A stretch of 64,000 nt of DNA from contig OMTG01000021.1 of NCBI GenBank assembly GCA_900313905.1, positions 28,017 to 92,016 of the forward strand, given 5' to 3'. This document shows, piece by piece, positions 54,501 to 62,345 of this stretch. The DNA is from an uncultured Actinomycetes bacterium. GTDB lineage: Bacteria > Actinomycetota > Coriobacteriia > Coriobacteriales > Atopobiaceae. Position 1 is the stretch's first letter. Every line of letters starts with the position of its first letter. The notes beneath the pieces were generated by a model. The model was not told where the DNA came from. It saw only the letters and a list, made by a program, of their open reading frames with translations, and ran no database searches. The position numbers and the translations under genes were made by a program.

Positions 54501-54900
54501 GTCAGTGGCAGCCTCTTTGGCAGGGGCCAGGCCTCACGGAGCTGGCTGGGGGCTGACGGAAAGGATGGCTCGGGGCAGTCCAGAGAGGGCCGCCCATCCT
54601 GTTCAGGCCCAGCGCCCCCCGGTGCGCTCCGCGACCTTCCACGGCGAGGCAGAAGCTAGGCTGGCCGAGCCCCCGCGTTGCCAGATGCGGCTGGTGCCAT
54701 TCCCCTGCACCGTCGATGTCCCGATGCGGGCGACGCTCCAAGAGATTGGAGAGGCGCCTCGGGACCATGTCCTCGAGATTATGAGCGCCCTCGCGCTTCT
54801 TGCGGGCATCGCAAAGGCCGCCCTGACATCGTCAGGGAGGTCGATGAGAGGAGGAAGGAGTTTCGGCACCGAAAGGGATGATGCCCGGATCGTGGAAAGA

Positions 54901-54918
54901 GCCCGGTGGCCACCGGGC
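54901..54918. repeat. perfect 18-bp palindrome GCCCGGTGGCCACCGGGC
   Basis: Read directly from the sequence. A further hairpin, GGGACTCCCG-tga-CGGGAATCCC, lies at 54999-55021. Confidence 0.95.
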
Positions 54919-55147
54919 TTCCAGAATGGCAGCGCCAGCGTCGCCCGGCTCCACTTTGCTGACAGGCATCGCGGTGCACCTTTATCGTGCTCCCTGCAGG
55001 GACTCCCGTGACGGGAATCCCGAAGGCATGGGCATCTGGTATCCGAGAATCCTGCCGCCTCCGCTGGGCCTGGCAGATCTCTGGCCAGCCTTTCGCATGC
55101 TATGCTTTCCCCGACAAGCTGTCGTCCTGGATTGCGAGGCTGCTGCC

Positions 55148-57439
55148 ATGAGTGAAACGACTGTCGCGATAGCGGGCTTGATTGCCTCTGCTGCCATCCT
55201 CATCTCCACTTTCATACGGGCATTCCATCTGTTCAGGAAACGGTATGAGAGGGGCGGAAGCAGCTCATCGCTGATCCTGGCGCGGTGCATGCTCGGAACG
55301 TTCGCAGCAATCTTCGTGCTGGTGCTGTCCCAAGAGCTTTCAGGAGCTGCCACGCCTTCGGATGCGGGGATCCTCTTCGATGCCATCTACAATCCGATCT
55401 CGATGTTCTTCGGCAATGGCAATATCCAAGACAATCTTGCAGCCTTCTCGAGCTCGTGCGGTGTCCTCACCGCAATCTACACTGCATATGACGGCGTGCT
55501 GTATATCCTGGCACCCGTCCTCACCTTGGGGACCTTCTTCTCCCTGGCAAGTCGCATCTTCCATCAGCCGTGGATAAGGATCCTGTCCAGATCGAGAGAT
55601 GTCTACATCTTCTCAGGGGCGAACCAGCAGTCCGTCACCTTTGCCACGAGCATCTTCAGGCACTATCACGGCATATCGAAGAAATGCCTCATCATCTTCG
55701 CTGATACCAATGCCGATGATGCCCCGGGCGAGATTCTCGAGAGCCATGCCATCTGCTGCGAAGAGCCACCATCCATCATCGCCAGATGGCTCCATGAACC
55801 AAAGGATCGCAATGGATCAGAGCGTCCCAAGACATGCTTCCTCTTCTCGAAAGAGGATGAGGTCAAGAATCTCGATGAGGGACTTGATCTGGCGGACCAG
55901 CTGCTGTCCGGAGATGGCAAGCCCCATCTTGGCCGTCCGTCCAAGATTTATATCTTCTCCTCCTCCGAGGCTGCCATGCACCTGATCGATGCACGCATGG
56001 ATGGCATGCAGAATTCGGAGGAGTTTGCAATCCGGCGTGTCGACTGGCGGGAGTCAGCTGTCGAGCTGATGCTCTCCCGCTATCCTCTCTTCCTCACAGG
56101 AACGCCCAATCCTTTCCGAGCGCCAGACGAATCTTCCGGCAGCGCATACGTGCCCGTCCAGGATCGCGAGCTCTATGAGCGACCGAGAAGGCATATCGCG
56201 ATCATTGGCTCGACGGATTTCGCCTACTGCTATCTCAAGAATGCGGCCTGGGCAGGATGCCTGGGAGATGATATCAAGGTCCAGATCGATGTGGTGGCAA
56301 AGAATGTCCATACAATCAAGGACCGCCTCGTCTTCGAGGCGCCTGGACTCTTGTCCAGAAGCACTGCCTCGATTCCGGCCATAGCCTTCAGAGAGGCAGG
56401 CTCTGATGCAGACATCGCCCGCTACCTCCGAAGCACAGCAGGCGACCTCACTTTCATTCTGGTCGACGTCGGCAACGAGCTCGAGAACACACGGCTGGCC
56501 ATGCGCATACGCGAGATTGGCGACCAGCAGCTCATCCGGAATCAGGCAGCTTCATCCCCTGAGCATATCCACGGCTGCCGTCCCATCATCTGTGTTGTGG
56601 CAAGCAGCTCCTCGTTGGCAAGCCTCTTGGATGACCTGCACGAAAATACAAGGAGCTACGATCTCTGCGCAGTCGGATCCGAAGAGAACGCCTTCTCCTA
56701 TGACAGCATCTTCCATCCCGAGCTCGACCGGTACGGCAAGAATGTCAATCGTGTCTACTCAAAGGTGTATGAGGAGAGCACCGCACCGATGCGCGAAAAG
56801 CTCAGGACGGACGCGGACAACAACTATGAGCAGAAGGAGTACAACCGCCAGTCATCGGTCGCTTCGGCAATACATCTCAAATATGGCCTGTTCATCTATT
56901 GCCGCAACATGTACCTAGGCAAGTATGATATCGAACGTGACGAGCGTGCCTTGGCATGCCTGAAGGGCCTGGCCAGACAGGAAAAGAGCATGTCCGGTTG
57001 GGGCCAGCTGTACGCCGTGCTCGCCGACGAAGCCGAGAATGGGCCCTGCCATGCCCTGCTTGCCGCATATGGCGACTATATCGACCGGGTCATGCCGGAA
57101 GGGTTGGATACTCCCGAGCTTGCCAAGCTAGCCTTGAAGAATTGGCGCTGCCGCATGGAGCATGACCGGTGGAGCGCCTACACGCACGCAGATGGATACG
57201 AGAGAGCCGACAAAGATGAGGTCAGAATCTACCTGCGGCTGACGGGAAGGAACAAGGATGCCGTCGCGAAGCTCCACAACTGCCTGGTACCGACAAACAG
57301 CCTCCCCGGAGTCGACGAGGAATACCTGGCATCCAGAAAGGCATGCGGTCTGAAGATTCCTGACCCATACAAGCCCTATGAGCTGAATGACCTCGTTATC
57401 ATCCGGCACACCAAGGAAATACTCTGCGACAAGGATTAG
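55148..57439 (+). CDS. orphan 763-aa multi-pass membrane protein with cytoplasmic Rossmann-like modules and an RyR-like C-terminal region (function unknown)
   Basis: Start chosen at the ATG at 55148 (MSETTVAIAGLIASAAILIS), because the 90 upstream codons of the ORF are Arg/Pro/Trp-rich and not protein-like. 3-4 N-terminal TM helices. Beta-strand/Gly modules DVYIFSGANQQ, KIYIFSSSEAA, RHIAIIGSTDFAY and LTFILVDVGNE. C-terminus contains EYNRQSSVASAIHLKYGLF and NWRCRMEHDRWSAYTHADGYERA...KLHNCLVPTNSLP. G+C is visibly lower than in the neighbouring genes. Confidence 0.75.
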   Translation: MSETTVAIAGLIASAAILISTFIRAFHLFRKRYERGGSSSSLILARCMLGTFAAIFVLVLSQELSGAATPSDAGILFDAIYNPISMFFGNGNIQDNLAAFSSSCGVLTAIYTAYDGVLYILAPVLTLGTFFSLASRIFHQPWIRILSRSRDVYIFSGANQQSVTFATSIFRHYHGISKKCLIIFADTNADDAPGEILESHAICCEEPPSIIARWLHEPKDRNGSERPKTCFLFSKEDEVKNLDEGLDLADQLLSGDGKPHLGRPSKIYIFSSSEAAMHLIDARMDGMQNSEEFAIRRVDWRESAVELMLSRYPLFLTGTPNPFRAPDESSGSAYVPVQDRELYERPRRHIAIIGSTDFAYCYLKNAAWAGCLGDDIKVQIDVVAKNVHTIKDRLVFEAPGLLSRSTASIPAIAFREAGSDADIARYLRSTAGDLTFILVDVGNELENTRLAMRIREIGDQQLIRNQAASSPEHIHGCRPIICVVASSSSLASLLDDLHENTRSYDLCAVGSEENAFSYDSIFHPELDRYGKNVNRVYSKVYEESTAPMREKLRTDADNNYEQKEYNRQSSVASAIHLKYGLFIYCRNMYLGKYDIERDERALACLKGLARQEKSMSGWGQLYAVLADEAENGPCHALLAAYGDYIDRVMPEGLDTPELAKLALKNWRCRMEHDRWSAYTHADGYERADKDEVRIYLRLTGRNKDAVAKLHNCLVPTNSLPGVDEEYLASRKACGLKIPDPYKPYELNDLVIIRHTKEILCDKD

Positions 57440-57516
57440 AGAGCATAGAAGTCCCGCCAAGCTCCGCATGCAGGCCTGCGGCGGCTGGCATAAGCGGCAA
57501 GGTGCATCCCCATGAC

Positions 57517-57556
57517 AAGGCGGCAGCCACCTCATGCTCTGGTGGTTGCCGCCCTT
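57517..57556. terminator. hairpin between the convergent membrane-protein and HD genes
   Basis: AAGGCGGCAGCCACC / GGTGGTTGCCGCCCTT imperfect 15-bp stem. No clear U-tract on either strand. Confidence 0.5.
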
Positions 57557-57565
57557 TCCACCCGG

Positions 57566-58210
57566 TCATTTATCCACATAGTTCATCTGGGCCACAGGCT
57601 CCTGGGAATCTGCCGGATCGTCGGGCAGGAGGTTTCCGGCAGCGACCTGGGCATCGAGCCTTCCCTCCACGTAGTCGGCCAGCTCCTCAGATCCCAGGCG
57701 CGTGACGGCATTCCTGCCTGCAGGGCCTGCACGCCTCACTCCATGGGCCTTCCAGTCTCCCCCGTCGTTGGAATCATTCAGCAGCATCGGCTGCAGGTTG
57801 TCCATCGCATGGGCAAAATGCGCCTCAGGGGTCTCGTTCGCCTCGAACTCCTCCCAGATGGCACGGAGCTCCCTTCCCTGGTCCTCAGGAAGAAGCGCGT
57901 AGAGCTGCTCTGCGGCGTGCCTCTCTCGGTCTTCTGCGTCTGCCTGCCCGGCTGCATCGTAGGCATAGGTATCGCCTGCATAGATCTCCACCAGGTCATG
58001 TGTCAGCGTCATCACCATCGTCCGTGCGATATCGATGTCCTCGTTCGCATATTCCCGCAGCAGGTATGCCATCACGCTCATATGCCACGCATGCTCGGCA
58101 TCATCCTCACGCCTGCCATGATGCGTCAGGTGCGTCTGGCGCTGCACGAGCTTCTCCTTGTCGATCTCGAGGATGAAGCTGCGCTGGCGCGCGAACCGCT
58201 CCTCGTCCAT
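57566..58210 (-). CDS. HD-domain hydrolase (YfbR-like 5'-deoxynucleotidase family)
   Basis: Motifs EHAWHMSVMA and LTHDLVEIYAGDTYAYD (H...HD...D metal ligands). Confidence 0.85.
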   Translation of the reverse strand: MDEERFARQRSFILEIDKEKLVQRQTHLTHHGRREDDAEHAWHMSVMAYLLREYANEDIDIARTMVMTLTHDLVEIYAGDTYAYDAAGQADAEDRERHAAEQLYALLPEDQGRELRAIWEEFEANETPEAHFAHAMDNLQPMLLNDSNDGGDWKAHGVRRAGPAGRNAVTRLGSEELADYVEGRLDAQVAAGNLLPDDPADSQEPVAQMNYVDK

Positions 58211-58383
58211 AGGTGCCTCCTTGCCTTGGCCTCAGGTTCCCGTCCATGGTAGCCCACCGGCACGCTCTCGCAGGAGTCCCTGACTGTTTTCCGCATGTTC
58301 ATGCAATACGGCCTATCATGTACCGATGTGACCAAGCTGCGCCAGCACGTCTGGCGCCTCTATCCAGAAGGGAAGATCGACCA

Positions 58384-59613
58384 ATGGAGACCTTCGACGA
58401 GCTGTATTACACCGAGCCCTATCTGCGCGAGTTCGATGCAACCGTCACCTCCTGCACACCCCAGAAGGACGGCTCCTTTGCAATCGGGCTGAGCCAGACT
58501 GCCTTCTATCCGACCGGCGGCGGCCAGCCAGGCGACCGAGGCACCCTCTCCTACGAGGATCCAGCAGCCGAGGACGAGGAGAGCGCCCAGGTCGTGGCGA
58601 AGGTGCACGAAGCCATCCCCGGAGAGGAGCCGGGCACCGTCCTCCATCTCGCAGACAGGGCGCTTCCTGTCGGCACCACCGTGCATGGCACGCTCGACTG
58701 GACCTGGCGCCGTGACAATATGGAGGCGCACACGGGCGAGCATATCGTCTCAGGCATCGTGCATGCGCTCTTCGGCTACAGCAACATCGGCTTCCATATG
58801 GGAGACCGCTGCATCGAGGTCGACTTCGACGGCGTCCTTGCTCCCGATGAGGTGCTCGATGTGGAGCGCCGCGCCAATGCTGCCGTGCGCGAGGATGTCC
58901 CCGTCGAGGCGCTCCTCCCCTCTCCCGAAGAGCTCGAGACAATGGATTACCGCAGCAAGAAGGAGCATGAAGGGCAGATCCGCATCGTGAAGATCGGCGA
59001 TGTGGATACCTGCGCCTGCTGTGGCACCCATGTCTCCTCCTCGGGCCAGGTCGGCCTCATCAAGGTCCTGCGCATCACGACGAAAAAGAAGAAGACCCGC
59101 CTCGAGCTCCTCTGTGGCAGGCGTGCCCTCGAGACCTGCGAGGATCTCATGGGAAAGCTCCGCGACGTGAGCAACTTCCTCTCGGTAGGCGACGAGGAGG
59201 TGCCTGAGGCAGTGCATCGCCTCTCCGATGAGAAGGACGACTACAAGCACCAGCTCAAGCAGGCTGCCCGGGACAGGATCGCCCAGGAGGCAGCGACGCT
59301 CGTGCCTGAAGGAGGCCTCGTCGTCCATTACGAGGAAGGGCTCGATATCGACCTTTTGCGCCATCTCTGCGAACAGGCGCTCGAGAAGACCGATGCGAAG
59401 GTCTGTGCTGCACTCTCCGATGTGCCAGGCGATCCTGCTCGCATCGCCTATGTGATCGCCTCGGCAGAAGACGACCTGAGGGCCTCCTGCAAGCTCCTCA
59501 ACAAGCGGCTCTCCGGCCGCGGCGGCGGCAAGCCGCAGATGGTGCAGGGCAGCTGGGCCTGCACCCGCGAGGATGCGGAGGCTGCCCTGAAGGAGCTGCT
59601 TGCCTCGGCGTAG
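58384..59613 (+). CDS. alaX: alanyl-tRNA editing protein, AlaX-L type (editing domain plus DHHA1-like C-terminus)
   Basis: Start at 58384 (METFDELYYT). Motifs TAFYPTGGGQPGDRG, HTGEHIVSG and CCGTHV (zinc site). Confidence 0.88.
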   Translation: METFDELYYTEPYLREFDATVTSCTPQKDGSFAIGLSQTAFYPTGGGQPGDRGTLSYEDPAAEDEESAQVVAKVHEAIPGEEPGTVLHLADRALPVGTTVHGTLDWTWRRDNMEAHTGEHIVSGIVHALFGYSNIGFHMGDRCIEVDFDGVLAPDEVLDVERRANAAVREDVPVEALLPSPEELETMDYRSKKEHEGQIRIVKIGDVDTCACCGTHVSSSGQVGLIKVLRITTKKKKTRLELLCGRRALETCEDLMGKLRDVSNFLSVGDEEVPEAVHRLSDEKDDYKHQLKQAARDRIAQEAATLVPEGGLVVHYEEGLDIDLLRHLCEQALEKTDAKVCAALSDVPGDPARIAYVIASAEDDLRASCKLLNKRLSGRGGGKPQMVQGSWACTREDAEAALKELLASA

Positions 59614-59750
59614 CTTCGCGTCGCACATATATGCAATGCATGGAGATGCCTCTGACCGAAAGCAGGGGCATCTCCCTCTATGCGCAGCCCTGAACCCTTA
59701 TCATGCTGGTCAAGCAGGCAGGAGCCAGAGAGCGGAGAGGCGCAGGGGCA

Positions 59751-60194
59751 ATGGATGGCCAATACGATCTTGAACGCTTCAGGAGGGCGCAGGCCGCAAG
59801 CTATGCGACCGCCCTCGCAGAGATCCGTGCCGGACGCAAGATGACGCACTGGATCTGGTACATCTTCCCGCAGCTCAGAGGACTGGGCCAAAGCCCCATG
59901 TCTGACTTCTATGGGATATCCGACGCAGGCGAAGCCAGGGCCTATCTGGCAGATCCCCTCTTGGGTCCCCGGCTCCATGAGATGGCAGGCGCGCTGCTCG
60001 ATCTCGATGCATCCGATCCGAAGCGCGTGATGGGACGTCCCGACGACCTCAAGCTCTGCTCATGCATGACGCTGTTCGAGGTGGCATCAGGCGGAAAAGG
60101 CAAAGACGCCGTCTTCGGGAAGGTCCTCGAGAAGTACTATCACGGACGGCGCGATGCAAGGACGCTGGAGATGCTCGGCACAGAGCAGCTCTAG
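59751..60194 (+). CDS. DUF1810-family protein
   Basis: Start at 59751. LERFRRAQ...YATALAEIRAGRKMTHWIWYIFPQLRGLGQS matches the DUF1810 signature pattern. Confidence 0.85.
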   Translation: MDGQYDLERFRRAQAASYATALAEIRAGRKMTHWIWYIFPQLRGLGQSPMSDFYGISDAGEARAYLADPLLGPRLHEMAGALLDLDASDPKRVMGRPDDLKLCSCMTLFEVASGGKGKDAVFGKVLEKYYHGRRDARTLEMLGTEQL

Positions 60195-60346
60195 CGAACG
60201 GTACGGCCTCCGTGCCAGATCTTTGAGATATCCTGCAGCGCAATCTGCCCTTTGCCTGATTGTCCCATCGATGGAGCGGGAAGATAATCAAGGTGTCCCA
60301 TTCCAAAGCCTGCAATCAGGCTGCACACAACAGTGAGGAGATCAGC

Positions 60347-60721
60347 ATGGACAAGGAGCTTCTGGATTACACCGCATCGAAAGTCGACGAGATGCTCGCA
60401 GCGCCCTCTGCGTCTGCGGCCACCAAGAAGTCTGCACAGGACTGGAAGGACGCCATCGCCGCTGGCAAGGACGCCGATGCCGCCACCTCGAAGCTGCTCG
60501 ACGAGATCAGCGAGAAGCAGACCACAATCGATGGCCTGATCGCCTTTGTGGGCTCCGATGCCGGCAAGAAGGTCTTCGGCGAGGAGCAGGCAGCCGCGAT
60601 GCTCGCCCACGAGGAGAAGAGGAAGGCTGCAGGCGCCAAGTTCTGCGACTGCGCTGCCTGCAGGCCCTGTCATGAGCTGCTGCACAAGTTCGGCCGCGAG
60701 GAGGCAGATGTCTATCTGTAG
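60347..60721 (+). CDS. small helical protein (124 aa) with a C-terminal CDC-x2-C-x2-C motif, function unknown
   Basis: Start at 60347 with a GAGGAG RBS. Ala/Lys/Glu-rich helices followed by AKFCDCAACRPCHELL. Confidence 0.65.
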   Translation: MDKELLDYTASKVDEMLAAPSASAATKKSAQDWKDAIAAGKDADAATSKLLDEISEKQTTIDGLIAFVGSDAGKKVFGEEQAAAMLAHEEKRKAAGAKFCDCAACRPCHELLHKFGREEADVYL

Positions 60722-60748
60722 GGCTTGAAGGATCGAAGTCTCCGCTGA

Positions 60749-60787
60749 GGGCCCGGCTTCCCTATGGGATGCCGGGCCCTTGTCTGT
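60749..60787 (+). terminator. rho-independent terminator
   Basis: GGGCCCGGC / GCCGGGCCC stem followed by TTGTCTGT. Confidence 0.7.
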
Positions 60788-60811
60788 GGCGGAGCAGCCG
60801 CAGCCATCCTG

Positions 60812-61555
60812 TCAGCGCAGGCAGCTGTCGATGAAGCGGACAGCCTCATCCCTCTGCTGAGAGGCTGGAATTGCAGCCACGCCATCCCCATCCTGCGCCC
60901 CATAGCTTCCGAACTGGGCATGGTTGCCGCCTTCGATCACGAGCTCCGAAGTCGACTCCTGGGGCAGGTTCGCCTTGTCCTCGTCGTAGTGGGCGCGTAT
61001 CAGCACCCCATCATCCGATCCATAGATGCTCACGACCTTGAGCTGGGTATCCGAAAGGTCCTCTGTGGAGTAGGCAGCAAGCAGGATGAGGCCCTCGACC
61101 TTGTCGGCCTGCCGGGATGCATAGCCAGCCGCCATCGCTCCCCCAAGCGAGTGTCCCGCCACATACCAATGCTCCACCTCGGGATGCTCTGCCATCGCCC
61201 GGTCGGCCGCATCCTGGTCGAGGATCGCAAGATCGAGGGGCATGGAGACATCGATGCAGGTCCATCCCTCACGCGCGAGCTCATGCAGGAGCGGTGCATA
61301 GGCACGCGCATCCACCTTCGCCCCGGGATAGAACACCACCCCATAGGTATTGGCAGGGTCCTCATCCGGCCCCGCAAAGACGATGGTGGAGCCTGACTCG
61401 GTGACCTCCACCGCATCGTCGCTGACAAGCGCCGCCTCAGCCGTCCCATCGGCCTCGTAGTGCTCGCTCACAAGGTAGATGGCCAAGGCAGCCACCACCA
61501 GGGCGACGACCATGATCGCGATGCGAAGCGGCCTTCTTCTCGTCTTTTCCGCCAT
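60812..61555 (-). CDS. membrane-anchored alpha/beta hydrolase
   Basis: N-terminal TM segment LRIAIMVVALVVAALAIYLV, nucleophile elbow AGHSLGGAMAA, and a late GGNHAQF His block. Confidence 0.82.
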   Translation of the reverse strand: MAEKTRRRPLRIAIMVVALVVAALAIYLVSEHYEADGTAEAALVSDDAVEVTESGSTIVFAGPDEDPANTYGVVFYPGAKVDARAYAPLLHELAREGWTCIDVSMPLDLAILDQDAADRAMAEHPEVEHWYVAGHSLGGAMAAGYASRQADKVEGLILLAAYSTEDLSDTQLKVVSIYGSDDGVLIRAHYDEDKANLPQESTSELVIEGGNHAQFGSYGAQDGDGVAAIPASQQRDEAVRFIDSCLR

Positions 61556-61813
61556 CGGCCCCCTCCTTGCAGCACTGCCAGGCCCTGCTTCCGGAAAGCC
61601 TATCGTAGCGCATCTTTGCAGAGCGCCTGTCCATCCGCTGACAGGCAGCCCCGCTTCGCCTGCAGAAGACCGCCAGCCTGCACGTGCCCTTGCAATTCCG
61701 GCAGCATTGCTTCTTTCGCTATGGAAAAGGCTGCTTCTTTCAAGATGCCATTGGCAGGACGGCCATTACCCTCTACACTTCTCGGGATGCCCATATCCTT
61801 GAAGGAGGTCTTC

Positions 61814-62236
61814 ATGCCCCTCATCGAAGTGTTCGACCCTGCCCAAGGCGGCCTCGCCGACGCCTCCACCCCTGATATCGACCCCGAGCTCCTGCGCATG
61901 TCTGCAGTCCTCGATGCCCTCTTCCAGGCCGGCTTCCCCATCGCCTATCACACCATGGCAGAAGAGCCTGAGGCCTTCGAGCGCAATGAGGCGGTCGCAG
62001 CCCTTCTCGCAGAAGAGGGGACACGTGCCCTGCCTGCTGTCTTCGTGGATGATGCCCTCCTCTCGAAGGGCTGCTATCCCGCGACCGATGCTATCGGCGA
62101 TGCCCTGGGCGTCGTCTTCGTCGCTGCGGAAGACGAGGGCTGCTGTGGCGGAGGCTGCGGAGGCGGCTGCTGCGGTGGCCACGGCGAAGAGGATGGCTGC
62201 GGAGGCGGCTGCTGTGGCGGAGGCTGCGGCTGCTGA
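61814..62236 (+). CDS. ArsD-family-like protein lacking the N-terminal Cys triad, with a Cys/Gly-rich C-terminal tail
   Basis: Start at 61814, 5 nt after a GAAGGAGG RBS. IEVFDPAQGGLADASTPDIDPEL aligns with ArsD VFDPAMCCSTGVCGTDVDQAL as recalled from plasmid R773. The tail reads CCGGGCGGGCCGGHGEEDGCGGGCCGGGCGC. Confidence 0.78.
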   Translation: MPLIEVFDPAQGGLADASTPDIDPELLRMSAVLDALFQAGFPIAYHTMAEEPEAFERNEAVAALLAEEGTRALPAVFVDDALLSKGCYPATDAIGDALGVVFVAAEDEGCCGGGCGGGCCGGHGEEDGCGGGCCGGGCGC

Positions 62237-62278
62237 GGGCCTTCTGGGCGCTCCACTTCTTCATGCCAGAGCAAGCAA

Positions 62279-62317
62279 GAAGCCCGTCCGAGCCTTCATG
62301 AGGTTCGGACGGGCTTC
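62279..62317. terminator. bidirectional terminator hairpin
   Basis: GAAGCCCGTCCGA / TCGGACGGGCTTC 13-bp stem. CTTGTCATG follows on the plus strand and TTGCTTGC on the minus strand. Confidence 0.7.
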
Positions 62318-62345
62318 CTTGTCATGTCCTGTGCTCTGGGGCTGC

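Noticed and set aside
54392-55147. RNase P RNA, tmRNA, SRP RNA or a cobalamin riboswitch in the structured gap. The prompts were words such as GGGGCUGACGG, GGAAAGAGCCCGG and AAAGGGAUGAUGCCCGG.
   Set aside because: The hallmark elements are absent. There is no GAGGAAAGUCCGGGC / ACAGAACCCGGCUUA pair, no UUCGAC or tRNA-like ...GGUUCGAUUCC...CCACCA end, no GGAAGCAGCC domain IV, and no B12 box. The region is kept only as an unexplained structured segment (see findings).
54878-55147. An N-terminal 90-codon extension of the orphan membrane-protein ORF (MMPGSWKEPGGHRASRMAAP...).
   Set aside because: The composition is Arg/Pro/Gly/Trp/Cys-rich and not protein-like, with no RBS at usable spacing. The first hydrophobic helix starts right after the ATG at 55148. 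The extension cannot be fully excluded without experimental data.
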